NCBI RefSeq assembly: GCF_000017945.1 | Contig: NC_009776.1 | Coordinates: 660,001 to 692,000 of the forward strand | Source: Ignicoccus hospitalis KIN4/I | GTDB taxonomy: Archaea > Thermoproteota > Thermoprotei_A > Sulfolobales > Ignicoccaceae | Direction of reading: 5' to 3' | Length of the DNA stretch: 32,000 nt | Part shown: positions 8,510 through 16,790 of the stretch, one piece after another | Position numbering within the stretch: the stretch's first letter is position 1 | How the letters are laid out: each line of letters begins with the position of its first letter | Position numbers and translations under genes: made by a program | The notes under the pieces: generated by a model | What the model saw: only the letters and a program-made list of their open reading frames with translations | The model's database searches: none | What the model was told of the DNA's origin: nothing

Positions 8510-9236
8510 GTTCTGTTGGTCCCTTGGCGACCCGATCAAGAGCGGTCCGGACTTGCTGAGCCTAATAAATTACGTGGCCTCGAAGGGCCTCAACTGTAGG
8601 ATAAGCGTCGTCTGGCCTCCTCTGGACCTTCTCTTCGCCGAGGGTCACATCATGGGTTACAGAGGCGACCTAAGCAGTTTCTCTTTGCCAAAGAAGCTCG
8701 AAATAAATGTATACGAACTAACTGACGAAGAGATACTCGTTGAACTTGAAGATAAAGATTACATTAAATTAGATTCCATAGAGAGCTTGATCTCGCTCAT
8801 AAAGGAAATTGTGGTGAGGGAAGCGTTAGTAATTAAGGGGAAAGTGTATCCCGTCGCCCAACTAATAGATCCGTCGTCCGTAAGCGTGGATACCGAAACG
8901 TGGGAGAGCGTCTCAGTTACCGTCGAAGAGCCGAAGGAATTCTTGGGAACGCTGATAAGTGGAGGACACAAAGCAATCAACGTTGTTTCGCTCACTGAGA
9001 GGTGGACCTTGGACGTTCTCGCATGTGACGACAAAATATTGGGAGCGAGCCTCTACATGCCGGAGAGCGTGGAAACCATAAAGGGCTCAGACGCGTTCGT
9101 CTTTCCCCTAGAAAGCCCTGGTAAGTGGATAGTTACGATGGCGAAGCCGTTCTTGTGTCCAAAGGTCTCGCTCGTACTGGACCCGAGGCTTGATGAACGG
9201 CTCAAAGGCGTTGAAACGGGGGTAGTAAAGCTATGA
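8502..9236 (+). CDS. Hypothetical protein (244 aa)
   Basis: Overlaps the previous gene by 8 bp and the next by 4 bp; operon-like. Confidence 0.6.
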   Translation: MAEFCWSLGDPIKSGPDLLSLINYVASKGLNCRISVVWPPLDLLFAEGHIMGYRGDLSSFSLPKKLEINVYELTDEEILVELEDKDYIKLDSIESLISLIKEIVVREALVIKGKVYPVAQLIDPSSVSVDTETWESVSVTVEEPKEFLGTLISGGHKAINVVSLTERWTLDVLACDDKILGASLYMPESVETIKGSDAFVFPLESPGKWIVTMAKPFLCPKVSLVLDPRLDERLKGVETGVVKL

Positions 9237-9688
9237 TAATTGTGGCTGTGGGCGCGGATTCGTTAATAAACAAGCTCAAAAGAGAAGTAGAGGAAGTAGA
9301 GAAAGAGCTGGCCGACTACGGGAACGCCTTGTCGGTCGTGATGGACCAGGGAAGGAAAGAGCTGGTAAGGTATAAGCTCCTAGGGTTCAAGACGAAACCC
9401 CCGGAAAAGGAAGTTATCTCAGAAAAGCCTTTGACCGTCCTCCACCGCTCCCTCTTAGTCTTCTCAAAGGACTTCGAGAGGGAGGTCGCGTCTACCTTCA
9501 AGGAGTACAAAGAGGAGATCCAGAGCTTGATAGATAAATTAAACGCCCAACGCGAGGAGTTCAAAGATCACATATTCTTCGTCTTCACCAAGGGTGCAAA
9601 AATAGTCGCTATTTACGTGCTCCCGCCTACGGTCCCGGGCTATGAGACAATTAGGGCCGAGCTAGAGAGGTTGGAGGGAGGGCGCTAG
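9233..9688 (+). CDS. Hypothetical coiled-coil-like protein (151 aa)
   Basis: Charged Lys/Glu-rich helical segments; same operon. Confidence 0.6.
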   Translation: MIIVAVGADSLINKLKREVEEVEKELADYGNALSVVMDQGRKELVRYKLLGFKTKPPEKEVISEKPLTVLHRSLLVFSKDFEREVASTFKEYKEEIQSLIDKLNAQREEFKDHIFFVFTKGAKIVAIYVLPPTVPGYETIRAELERLEGGR

Positions 9689-9691
9689 GCC

Positions 9692-10354
9692 GTGCCTTTC
9701 ATAAGTAGGGGCAGAACAATCGGCTTCCGAAGGGTAAACAAGTACTCCCCTTTGGAGAGTATACTGAGGGAATTCGCGAAAAAGGGGTTCATCGGTAGGT
9801 TCGTGTTCGACGGCACTTGCAAGAACGTGGGAAACGTCATATTGAGGATTGAAGTCATAAGCGAAAAGATAGTAGCAATGGAGGCCGAGGCCGGCGGGAA
9901 ACTCCTCAAAGGGAGGGAGGCCCTCGAGGTCTTCGAAGCGTGTAAAGAGGAGGCCGAAGGCTTCGTAGAAATAATAGAGCTAGACAGCGACAAAGTCCTC
10001 ATCGATTTGGAAGACAACCCCGACGCGAGGGTCAACTTAGTAATAGAGATGCCTACGTTAACATTAAAGATAGCAGCACTGCACGTTGCCGCGAAGGGCT
10101 CCGGGCTTGCCCTAGTAGGAACCATGCTCAAGGACGTCGCCTTGTCGGAGTGCTTGGTGGCAGAAGGCCTCATAGACGGGCGCTGTGACGGAGTAATAAA
10201 GGGTGAGATGTGTCCCGACAAAATAGATCTGGTTATTGCCGTAAAGGAGAGCATCGTTCACATGAGCAGGCCGGAGGAGGTTGAGGGCTCCTTCGTAGCT
10301 ATATCAGAGAAGTGTAAGATGGCCGAGTTCGTTATGAAAGCTACTAAGAGGTGA
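9692..10354 (+). CDS. Hypothetical protein, possibly DUF2226/DUF4388-like (220 aa)
   Basis: 'IGRFVFDGTCKNVGNVILRIEVISEKIVAMEAEAGGKLLKGREALEVFEACKEEAEGFVEI' pattern; same operon. Confidence 0.6.
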   Translation: MPFISRGRTIGFRRVNKYSPLESILREFAKKGFIGRFVFDGTCKNVGNVILRIEVISEKIVAMEAEAGGKLLKGREALEVFEACKEEAEGFVEIIELDSDKVLIDLEDNPDARVNLVIEMPTLTLKIAALHVAAKGSGLALVGTMLKDVALSECLVAEGLIDGRCDGVIKGEMCPDKIDLVIAVKESIVHMSRPEEVEGSFVAISEKCKMAEFVMKATKR

Positions 10355-10356
10355 GG

Positions 10357-11391
10357 TCACTCCTCGTAACCCAGCTCTTTCCTCACTTCCTTAGTCGCTT
10401 CGACCATAACCTTCAGCTTGTTGAAAGCTATGTCTCTATCCCCGAGGATCTTTAGCCCGCAGTCCGGCTTGACGTAGACCTTCTCTGGCGGCATTATTTC
10501 TAATACTTTGTATATCGCGTTCTTCACGAAGTCTTTGCTCTCCACCTTCTTAGAGTGTATATCTATCACGCCGTATCCTAACTCCTTTCCGCTCGAGGCA
10601 TAATCGTACTCCTTTATCGCTTCCAGTAACTTAAAGTTGTTATTGACAAATTCTAGGTCGAACTGGTCTACCGGGAACTCCAGTAGGTCGGGGAAGAGCT
10701 TCTCTACCCGGCCGTGGCATATGTGGACGATCTTCTTTGCGTCGTCCATCCCTTGGAACACGATCGAGAGGGCTTCCTTAGTTATCTCTATGTCCTCCTT
10801 GTAGGGGTGCGTCGAGAGCGCGGGCTCATCCACTTGAAGGTACCTCGCGCCCGCGTCGTAAAGGGCCTTGAGTTCCTTGTGAAGCTCTTTCGCCAAGTCT
10901 ATTATGAGCTCCTTCTTGTCCCCGTAGTATTCGTTAAAGGCCCAGTCGGCCATAGTGTAGGGACCTGTTATTATCGCCTTTACCGGCCTTCCTTGAGCGT
11001 ACTCGGTCGCGTACTTCCAGTCCGTTAAAGTCATTGGCCCTTTCCACCTTATCTTACCCACGACCACGGGCTTCCTGTAGTGGACGTTGTCAAATATTCT
11101 GACCCAGTCCTCCGGTTTGTTGCCTACGACAAACCCTTCCATCCTCTCGGCGAAGTACACCTCCATGTCTTCCCTTCTCTGCTCCCCGTCGGAGATGATG
11201 TCGACGCCGGCCTTAATTTGATCCTCGACCGCCAGCCTTATCGCTTCCTTAATCATCTTTTCGAACTCTTCGCTGGATATTTCGCCTTTGTAGTGCTTCT
11301 TTAAGGCCTCTTTAGCTATGGGGAACTTCGGGTAACTGCCGACAACTGTCGTGGGAAGCACTTTAGGCACTCTATAGCTCATAGAACTCAC
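10357..11391 (-). CDS. metE: MetE-family (cobalamin-independent) methionine synthase, C-terminal/catalytic domain type
   Basis: 344 aa; '[11 protein letters not shown]', 'DGEQRREDM', 'VDEPAL', 'HICHGR', 'KPDCGLK' motifs. Confidence 0.88.
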   Translation of the reverse strand: MSSMSYRVPKVLPTTVVGSYPKFPIAKEALKKHYKGEISSEEFEKMIKEAIRLAVEDQIKAGVDIISDGEQRREDMEVYFAERMEGFVVGNKPEDWVRIFDNVHYRKPVVVGKIRWKGPMTLTDWKYATEYAQGRPVKAIITGPYTMADWAFNEYYGDKKELIIDLAKELHKELKALYDAGARYLQVDEPALSTHPYKEDIEITKEALSIVFQGMDDAKKIVHICHGRVEKLFPDLLEFPVDQFDLEFVNNNFKLLEAIKEYDYASSGKELGYGVIDIHSKKVESKDFVKNAIYKVLEIMPPEKVYVKPDCGLKILGDRDIAFNKLKVMVEATKEVRKELGYEE

Positions 11392-12386
11392 CCCTCGTTA
11401 ACAAGTTCCCTCAACTTAAAGGCTATCTCAGCCAGTCTCCTCATTTTCTTCCTAATGTAAGAATATGGCAACACGTCATATCTATAGCTAGCACTCACGT
11501 GTACCTCATTGGCGTCGACCTCTTCTATCAAATTCAACGTCTTTGCGGCAGTTTCCTCTATGTGCTCCAATTTCACGTTTAAAGCGTCCGTCACGCCAAA
11601 CTCTATTATCGGGTAGGGGTATCCGTACTCAGAGAAGGTAGCTTTAGCGTCGTCATAGTTCCACGAAGTCATGTCAAATCCGATACCATCTACTGATAAG
11701 TCCAACAACATTTCGTAGACGTTCTCGGGGTTCTTGAAGTACGTTTTCACGACTACGGGGACGTCGACCGCTTGTGCGATTACGTTTATGTACTCTATCC
11801 CCAACTGCTTCGCTTCGGCTGGGACCTCGGGGTCCACGAGGGCGGGCTCTTCCAAGTATATGTAGTCCACGTACTGGCTCAAGGCCACGGCCTCGTACGC
11901 CAAAGCGGACGTTAGATCAGACATGAGCTCTTCCATCCTCTCGTAGTACTGGTTGTCCACGTGAAGGGCGAAGGTTAGGGGACCGGGCAAGTGAGCTTTG
12001 AGGGGCCTCGGGCTAACTTGGTACGCCAGCCTGTGCTCCCCCAAGGTCACGGGCCTTAAGGGGTAGATCGGGCCCTTGACCTTAGCTCGCTTGTAATAGA
12101 AGTTGAGCTCGTAAAACCTGTAGTAACCGCCAACTTCCGGGAGCTCGAAGCCTTCCCACGTGGACACGAAGGGACGGAACACGTCGTCCCAAAGCAAGTG
12201 GCCGGTGGTGAGGAGGTCCAGCCCCTCTTCGACTTGTTCCATTATGACCCTCTTGGTGCTCCTCTCCCAAGCGCTCCGGAGGGAGGTGAAGTCGAGCTTG
12301 CCGGCGTTATAGGCGTCGATGCTCTTCCGCAGCTCCGGCGGCCGCGGGTAGCCTCCGGGATGGGAGGCAACTACCTTCAGCCTCAC
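11388..12386 (-). CDS. MetE-related protein, likely the partner methyltransferase-fold subunit
   Basis: 332 aa; '[20 protein letters not shown]', 'PGPLTFA', '[10 protein letters not shown]'; 4-bp overlap with the downstream metE gene. Confidence 0.8.
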   Translation of the reverse strand: MRLKVVASHPGGYPRPPELRKSIDAYNAGKLDFTSLRSAWERSTKRVIMEQVEEGLDLLTTGHLLWDDVFRPFVSTWEGFELPEVGGYYRFYELNFYYKRAKVKGPIYPLRPVTLGEHRLAYQVSPRPLKAHLPGPLTFALHVDNQYYERMEELMSDLTSALAYEAVALSQYVDYIYLEEPALVDPEVPAEAKQLGIEYINVIAQAVDVPVVVKTYFKNPENVYEMLLDLSVDGIGFDMTSWNYDDAKATFSEYGYPYPIIEFGVTDALNVKLEHIEETAAKTLNLIEEVDANEVHVSASYRYDVLPYSYIRKKMRRLAEIAFKLRELVNEG

Positions 12387-12426
12387 GTCTCTTTCCCTAA
12401 CGGCCCCGGGGCGGGCCGCACAATAT

Positions 12427-13053
12427 TTACGTTCTCTCCGCCCTCCCGAAGATCAAACAGAAGCCTCCCATGTCGTGCCACTCGCGTACCTTCAATCCGG
12501 CCCTTTCTATTATTTCCTTTCTAATCAGCTTCTTCGAGCCTATTATTTTGAGGAGGACCGCGGACCAGCAAGCGTTCTTGCCTACCTCCCCGAACAAGTA
12601 GGTCGGGGAGACTCGGGCTATCTCCTTCAAGGCTGTGACCTTTTCTTGGTCGGTTAAGTGGTGCATCATAGTGAACGTGACCACAGCTTTGAAAGAGTTT
12701 GAACGGAACGGTAAGGCGGTCGCCGTCCCCAACACGCAGTCAAACGGGTGCTCTTCCAACCTCTCCTTAGCTATACGTAAGAGCTTGTCGGATATGTCCA
12801 GACCGATGCCATAGCACTTTTCCGTAACTGTTTGAATAAACCGGCCCGTGCCGCAACCCACTTCTAGGATGCGAGATCCTTCCTCTAACTCGCGCGCTAC
12901 CTTCTGGTAGTACCCTCGTTCTACGAACTTTACGGCAACCACCTCGTCGTGAAGCGGGTATATCCTCTCTAACACTCTAGTGATAAGCTTCTTCCCCGCG
13001 TGCACCCCTTCCTTCCCTGCAGGAGACTTGGACAAACCACTATTACAGTACAA
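12427..13053 (-). CDS. Class I SAM-dependent methyltransferase
   Basis: 'ILEVGCGTGRFIQTV', 'GLDISDKLLRIAKERL', 'FTMMHHLTDQEKVTALKEIARV'. The true start may lie internally. Confidence 0.82.
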   Translation of the reverse strand: MYCNSGLSKSPAGKEGVHAGKKLITRVLERIYPLHDEVVAVKFVERGYYQKVARELEEGSRILEVGCGTGRFIQTVTEKCYGIGLDISDKLLRIAKERLEEHPFDCVLGTATALPFRSNSFKAVVTFTMMHHLTDQEKVTALKEIARVSPTYLFGEVGKNACWSAVLLKIIGSKKLIRKEIIERAGLKVREWHDMGGFCLIFGRAERT

Positions 13054-13175
13054 CTGCGCAGTTCATCCAACGTCCTCTCTCACCGTTTGGACTGCTAGGC
13101 GTTCTGTCCAAATGCCTCGTACAGCTGTCCAAACAAGCCCCCCACTCTGCTTTATCTTTCTGGACTGCTAGATCT
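13028..13175. repeat. Upstream cluster of TTTGGAC/GTCCAAA motifs
   Basis: TTGGACA 13028; TTTGGAC 13086; GTCCAAA 13106; GTCCAAA 13127; TGGACTGCTAG 13161. The 10-mer GGACTGCTAG occurs twice (13089 and 13162). Confidence 0.75.
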
Positions 13176-13193
13176 AATCCGGGTACCACACCA

Positions 13194-14405
13194 GTGACCC
13201 CGGCCGAGTTCTACGAACTCATCAAGAGGTTCGAACCAGTGCCGTTGGACGGCGACATGTTAAAGTACTACGTAAAGAGGTACGAGCCGGACGAGCTCTT
13301 CGAGAAGCTAGCCTACGAAAAGGTCATGTCGGACAGAGGCACGTCGAAGGTAACCGTGGTAGGTAGCTACGGGCTCGGGAAGACCACGTTCTTAAACTTC
13401 TGGAGGACCCGCTTTGACGTTCCCTACCCCCGATCTCCCCTAGAAGCATCAATGAAGAAGTATATACCAATTGTAGTTAAAGTAACTTACGACGACAACC
13501 CTCAGAAGTTATTCTACAGCTTGCTAAAAGGCATTGAAAAGGGGTTCAAGAAGCCTGGGTGGATATATTACGTCAGCGTAAACCAAGAGTACGAAAAGTT
13601 GTTCAAGTACATAACCCAAGTCGTGGAAAACGTCCTAACGAGGTACGAGAGGTTAGGTCGGGTAGACATAGAAACGATGAAGTCTGCAATAGGTTTCATA
13701 TTGGAGAATACAAACGTACCTATAGTATTCATGATAGACGGGTTCGTAGTCTCCGAGTCGTTCGAGGCCATTGCGTTTTGGTTCGACAACATCCTCCAAG
13801 GGCAGAACAAGGCAAGCTTCATAATAACGCTGACCCCAGACGCGCTTCAATCCTTCAGGATGAGGTATCCCTTCATTGTTAGTAAATTCATTGAGATACG
13901 CATTCCGGGCTACACAGCGGAAGAAGTGAAAGAGGTGTTCCGAAGGCGTGTGGAAGGCTTCGCGACCCCCGAGAACCCCTACTTCCCCTTTAGGGAGGAA
14001 TGGATCGAAACTATTTGGTCCCACTTCCCGATACTCAGAGATGCAATCAAGGTTGCCCAGAGGGCTCTCACGTACGCGGCCAAGGAGGGAGTTCTCTTGG
14101 AGAAGCACATAGAGCTTGCAATAAAGGAGGCAGAAAGAGCAATGGAGACCACAGTCCTCTTCGAGTTAGACGAGTTAGACAGGATGATCTTGAAGGCCCT
14201 CACAGAGCTCGGCGAAGCGGGTCCTAGCGACGTCACTAAGTGGCTAAAGGCGCAAGGCTACGACGTGGCGAAGAGTACCGTACACTACAGGCTGAAGGAG
14301 CCCTTGTCAAAGAAGGGACTGGTCGAAAAGGTGGGCAAGAGCGGGAAGAGGGGGAAGTACAGGATAGCTGACCGCCGCTTAGTAGACTTACTCAAATATC
14401 TCTAG
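13194..14405 (+). CDS. AAA+ ATPase with C-terminal winged-helix domain; divergent Orc1/Cdc6-like or initiator/regulator-like protein
   Basis: 403 aa; Walker A 'VVGSYGLGKTTFLNFW'; Walker-B-like 'VPIVFMIDGF'; 'SFIITLTPDAL'; 'EIRIPGYTAEEVKEVFRRRV' and 'ILRDAIKVAQRALTYAAKEG..LLEKHIELAIKEAE', reminiscent of the Orc/Cdc6 lid region; C-terminal wHTH 'LDELDRMILKAL...SDVTKWLKAQGYDVAKSTVHYRLKEPLSKKGLVEKVGKSGKRGKYRI'. Confidence 0.72.
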   Translation: MTPAEFYELIKRFEPVPLDGDMLKYYVKRYEPDELFEKLAYEKVMSDRGTSKVTVVGSYGLGKTTFLNFWRTRFDVPYPRSPLEASMKKYIPIVVKVTYDDNPQKLFYSLLKGIEKGFKKPGWIYYVSVNQEYEKLFKYITQVVENVLTRYERLGRVDIETMKSAIGFILENTNVPIVFMIDGFVVSESFEAIAFWFDNILQGQNKASFIITLTPDALQSFRMRYPFIVSKFIEIRIPGYTAEEVKEVFRRRVEGFATPENPYFPFREEWIETIWSHFPILRDAIKVAQRALTYAAKEGVLLEKHIELAIKEAERAMETTVLFELDELDRMILKALTELGEAGPSDVTKWLKAQGYDVAKSTVHYRLKEPLSKKGLVEKVGKSGKRGKYRIADRRLVDLLKYL

Positions 14406-14411
14406 ACAGCG

Positions 14412-14452
14412 TTTGGACGGGATTTGGACAAGTTGGGACGAGTCCTTGGACT
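14412..14452 (+). repeat. Phased direct repeat array, four copies of a TTTGGAC-like unit
   Basis: GGAC cores at 14415, 14426, 14436 and 14448 (spacings 11, 10, 12 bp): gTTTGGACgggaTTTGGACaagTTGGGACgagtccTTGGACtc. Confidence 0.8.
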
Positions 14453-14657
14453 CACCCTCGTCCGCGCGGTTGGATTTCCCCTAACGTTGCTACTTCCTCT
14501 GCTCTTTACTCACTACCCTTACCTACAGAGTTTTGCGTATTTGAATAGAATCATTATACAAAACCAGATGAACATAGAGTTAGAGCGAGTATCTGAAAGA
14601 CAGAACGAAGCTCGTTGGGGTCGTTCAAATCAATATCCAACAAGCCGTACGAGCTCT

Positions 14658-14687
14658 GTCCAAACGCTGTCCAACTCTTGTCCAAAA
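14658..14687 (-). repeat. Phased direct repeat array in opposite orientation, three copies
   Basis: GTCC cores at 14658, 14669 and 14680 (spacings exactly 11 and 11 bp): GTCCAAACGCTGTCCAACTCTTGTCCAAAA. Confidence 0.82.
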
Positions 14688-14698
14688 TACGTCAAGAT

Positions 14699-15550
14699 CT
14701 AGCGCGTTTCACAGAGCCCGCCTTCGAGGGAGTTCCACAACGCCGCGAAGCCCCATACCGCCTCTTCGAGTCTAACCGTCCTGACGCCTTGACAGGGGAA
14801 CAAGTTGACGAGCGCGTCCAACTCCAGATCCGGGTACTTGTCCAGCAAGCCCTTGTCGGGGGAGCCGAATAAGACCCCTACGTTAGAGCCCAAGTAATCC
14901 CTCAGCTTGCCGGGCCACGTCCCGCGGCGGCTGGTGCCCAAGGCCTTGAAGCCGGCGCCCTTGTAGAACTCTACTAACTCGTAAATGTTGTCGAAATAGT
15001 TCACCTCGAACCCTAAGTACTCTCCGCGCCATATGCCCCTCTTCGCCGGCAAGACTTTGACTACTCTCTTCTTGTCGTTGAACCCTACCAACACTAGGAC
15101 GTTTTTCTTACATTTCTTTACGTTGTGCGTCACCCTCTCCGGTTCGCCCACGTCTATTGTTGCGATCGAACCCCTCTTACACTCTACTATCAGACCGAAC
15201 TTAAAGAACAACCCTTCTTCCCTGTCCTTGAAGCCTTCGTTCAACGCCTTAACGGCCAGCGGTGGCAACACGCCCGCGTACTTGAGCTCCGGCTTAAGGG
15301 GGACGATTAATTTCCTCAAATAAGTGGGGTAGGACAAGTATTCTAATACGGACATCAACACGTCGGAGCCGGGCCCCTCGGGGCCGTAAACGTCCACGCT
15401 TTCCGCCCTAGCCGCAGCGGCGGCCCGCGCCAAGTACCCGGCAACCAGCGTCTTTTCCCTTAAGGAGGGGTTACTCGAGAGGGCGTCGGCGGGAATAGCT
15501 ATTCGAAGGCGTCTGAACGGACACTTCAATTCCAAACCCGCCGACTCCAT
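14699..15550 (-). CDS. SPOUT-superfamily putative RNA methyltransferase (DUF171-like)
   Basis: 283 aa; 'RLRIAIPADALSSNPSLREKTLVAGYLARAAAAARAESVDVYG', 'GTSRRGTWPGKL..YLGSNVGVLFGSPDKGL' SPOUT-like tail. Confidence 0.78.
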   Translation of the reverse strand: MESAGLELKCPFRRLRIAIPADALSSNPSLREKTLVAGYLARAAAAARAESVDVYGPEGPGSDVLMSVLEYLSYPTYLRKLIVPLKPELKYAGVLPPLAVKALNEGFKDREEGLFFKFGLIVECKRGSIATIDVGEPERVTHNVKKCKKNVLVLVGFNDKKRVVKVLPAKRGIWRGEYLGFEVNYFDNIYELVEFYKGAGFKALGTSRRGTWPGKLRDYLGSNVGVLFGSPDKGLLDKYPDLELDALVNLFPCQGVRTVRLEEAVWGFAALWNSLEGGLCETR

Positions 15551-15573
15551 AAAAATGTGATATTTAAAGGGAG

Positions 15574-15666
15574 TTACTTCTTACCCTTCTTCTGCATCTT
15601 CTTCTCTACCTTACTCCTGTCCGAGCTCCTTTCCATGAACAAGCTAGTCCTCTGCCTACCTCCCAT
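15574..15666 (-). CDS. Very small basic ORF, 30 aa: MGGRQRTSLFMERSSDRSKVEKKMQKKGKK
   Basis: Manual translation of the minus strand. The Lys-rich MGG start resembles the N-terminal tail of archaeal ribosomal protein S25e, but no wHTH domain follows. Confidence 0.3.
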   Translation of the reverse strand: MGGRQRTSLFMERSSDRSKVEKKMQKKGKK

Positions 15667-15737
15667 CCGTCACACCCCGGGAGCCCTAAGGGGACGGGGA
15701 TTAAAGGCCCATGCCCCTAAAGACTAGGGGAAAGGAC

Positions 15738-16790
15738 GTGGACAAGCTCAAGGTTGCTGTCCTAGGGGCTACTGGAATGGCCGGTCAGTGGTTCGCGTCG
15801 TTGCTCGAGGATCACCCTTACTTCGAGTTAGTGGCCTTGGGGGCTTCCAAGAGGTCGGCCGGCAAGAAGTATAAGGAAGCTGTAAGGTGGGTCATCCCCC
15901 GTCCTTTCCCTACTAAGTTCTCCGACTACGTCGTGTTCGACGCCTCCGATCCCGATGCGCTGCCCGAGAAGGTGGACTTGGTGTTCTCCGCGCTCCCCAG
16001 CGAAGTGGCAGGAGAAATAGAGTTGAAGTACTTGAAGAAGGGATTCAACGTAGTTTCGAACGCCTCACCGTTCAGACTCGAACCCGACGTACCCCTCATG
16101 AATCCCGAGATCAACTGGGATCACTTAGAACTCTTGAAGAAACAAGAGAGGTGGGGCGGCAAGCTGGTCAAGAACCCCAACTGTACTACGGCCGTCTTGA
16201 CGTTACCACTCAAACCGATTATGGATGAGTTCGGTATAAAGGAGATAACTGTAACTACGCTGCAAGCTATAAGCGGGGCGGGGTTCGCCGGACTCACGGC
16301 TTACTCTATAGTTGACAACGTAATTCCTTATATCGCGAAAGAGGAGTACAAAGTCAAAGTAGAGTCCAAGAAGATGTTAGGTAAGTTGGAAGGGGACTCT
16401 ATAAGGCCCGCTGACTTTGTGGTCGAAGCTACGACGACCAGGGTTCCAGTCTTAGACGGCCACACGGAAGTGGTTTACATAACTACGAAGAGGAGCGTGG
16501 ACGTCGAGCAAGTAAAGGACGTGCTGAAGAGTTTCGAAAGCGAACCCCAGCGTTTGGGGTTACCTACTGCCCCGCCCAAGCCCGTGATCGTGATGGAACA
16601 AGAGGACCGTCCGCAGCCTAGGTTGGACAGAATGAACGGCAACGGGATGGCTGTTACTGTCGGAAGGATAGAGATAACCGAAACTAATAGAGTTAGGATG
16701 GTGATGGTTGGACATAACCTCCTAAGGGGCGCCTCCGGGGTCAGCCTCCTAACGGCGGAACTCATGTACAAGAAAGGTTACATAACGTAG
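15738..16790 (+). CDS. asd: Aspartate-semialdehyde dehydrogenase
   Basis: 'KLKVAVLGATGMAGQWFASLL', 'NPNCTTAVLTLPLKPI', 'LQAISGAG'. The ORF track starts at 15711; the GTG at 15738 looks like the better start. Confidence 0.92.
   Translation: MDKLKVAVLGATGMAGQWFASLLEDHPYFELVALGASKRSAGKKYKEAVRWVIPRPFPTKFSDYVVFDASDPDALPEKVDLVFSALPSEVAGEIELKYLKKGFNVVSNASPFRLEPDVPLMNPEINWDHLELLKKQERWGGKLVKNPNCTTAVLTLPLKPIMDEFGIKEITVTTLQAISGAGFAGLTAYSIVDNVIPYIAKEEYKVKVESKKMLGKLEGDSIRPADFVVEATTTRVPVLDGHTEVVYITTKRSVDVEQVKDVLKSFESEPQRLGLPTAPPKPVIVMEQEDRPQPRLDRMNGNGMAVTVGRIEITETNRVRMVMVGHNLLRGASGVSLLTAELMYKKGYIT

Noticed and set aside
9685-10254. 189-aa minus-strand ORF
   Set aside because: Ser/Pro-rich and fully antisense to the 9692..10354 gene, which fits the operon.
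13194-14405. Calling this gene canonical orc1/cdc6
   Set aside because: Walker A/B motifs and overall sequence are too divergent by eye; only the domain layout is similar, so no symbol is assigned.
13028-14690. TTTGGAC repeats as a CRISPR array
   Set aside because: Units are only about 7-10 bp, spacing is about 11 bp, orientation flips, and there are no spacer-like unique segments or cas genes.
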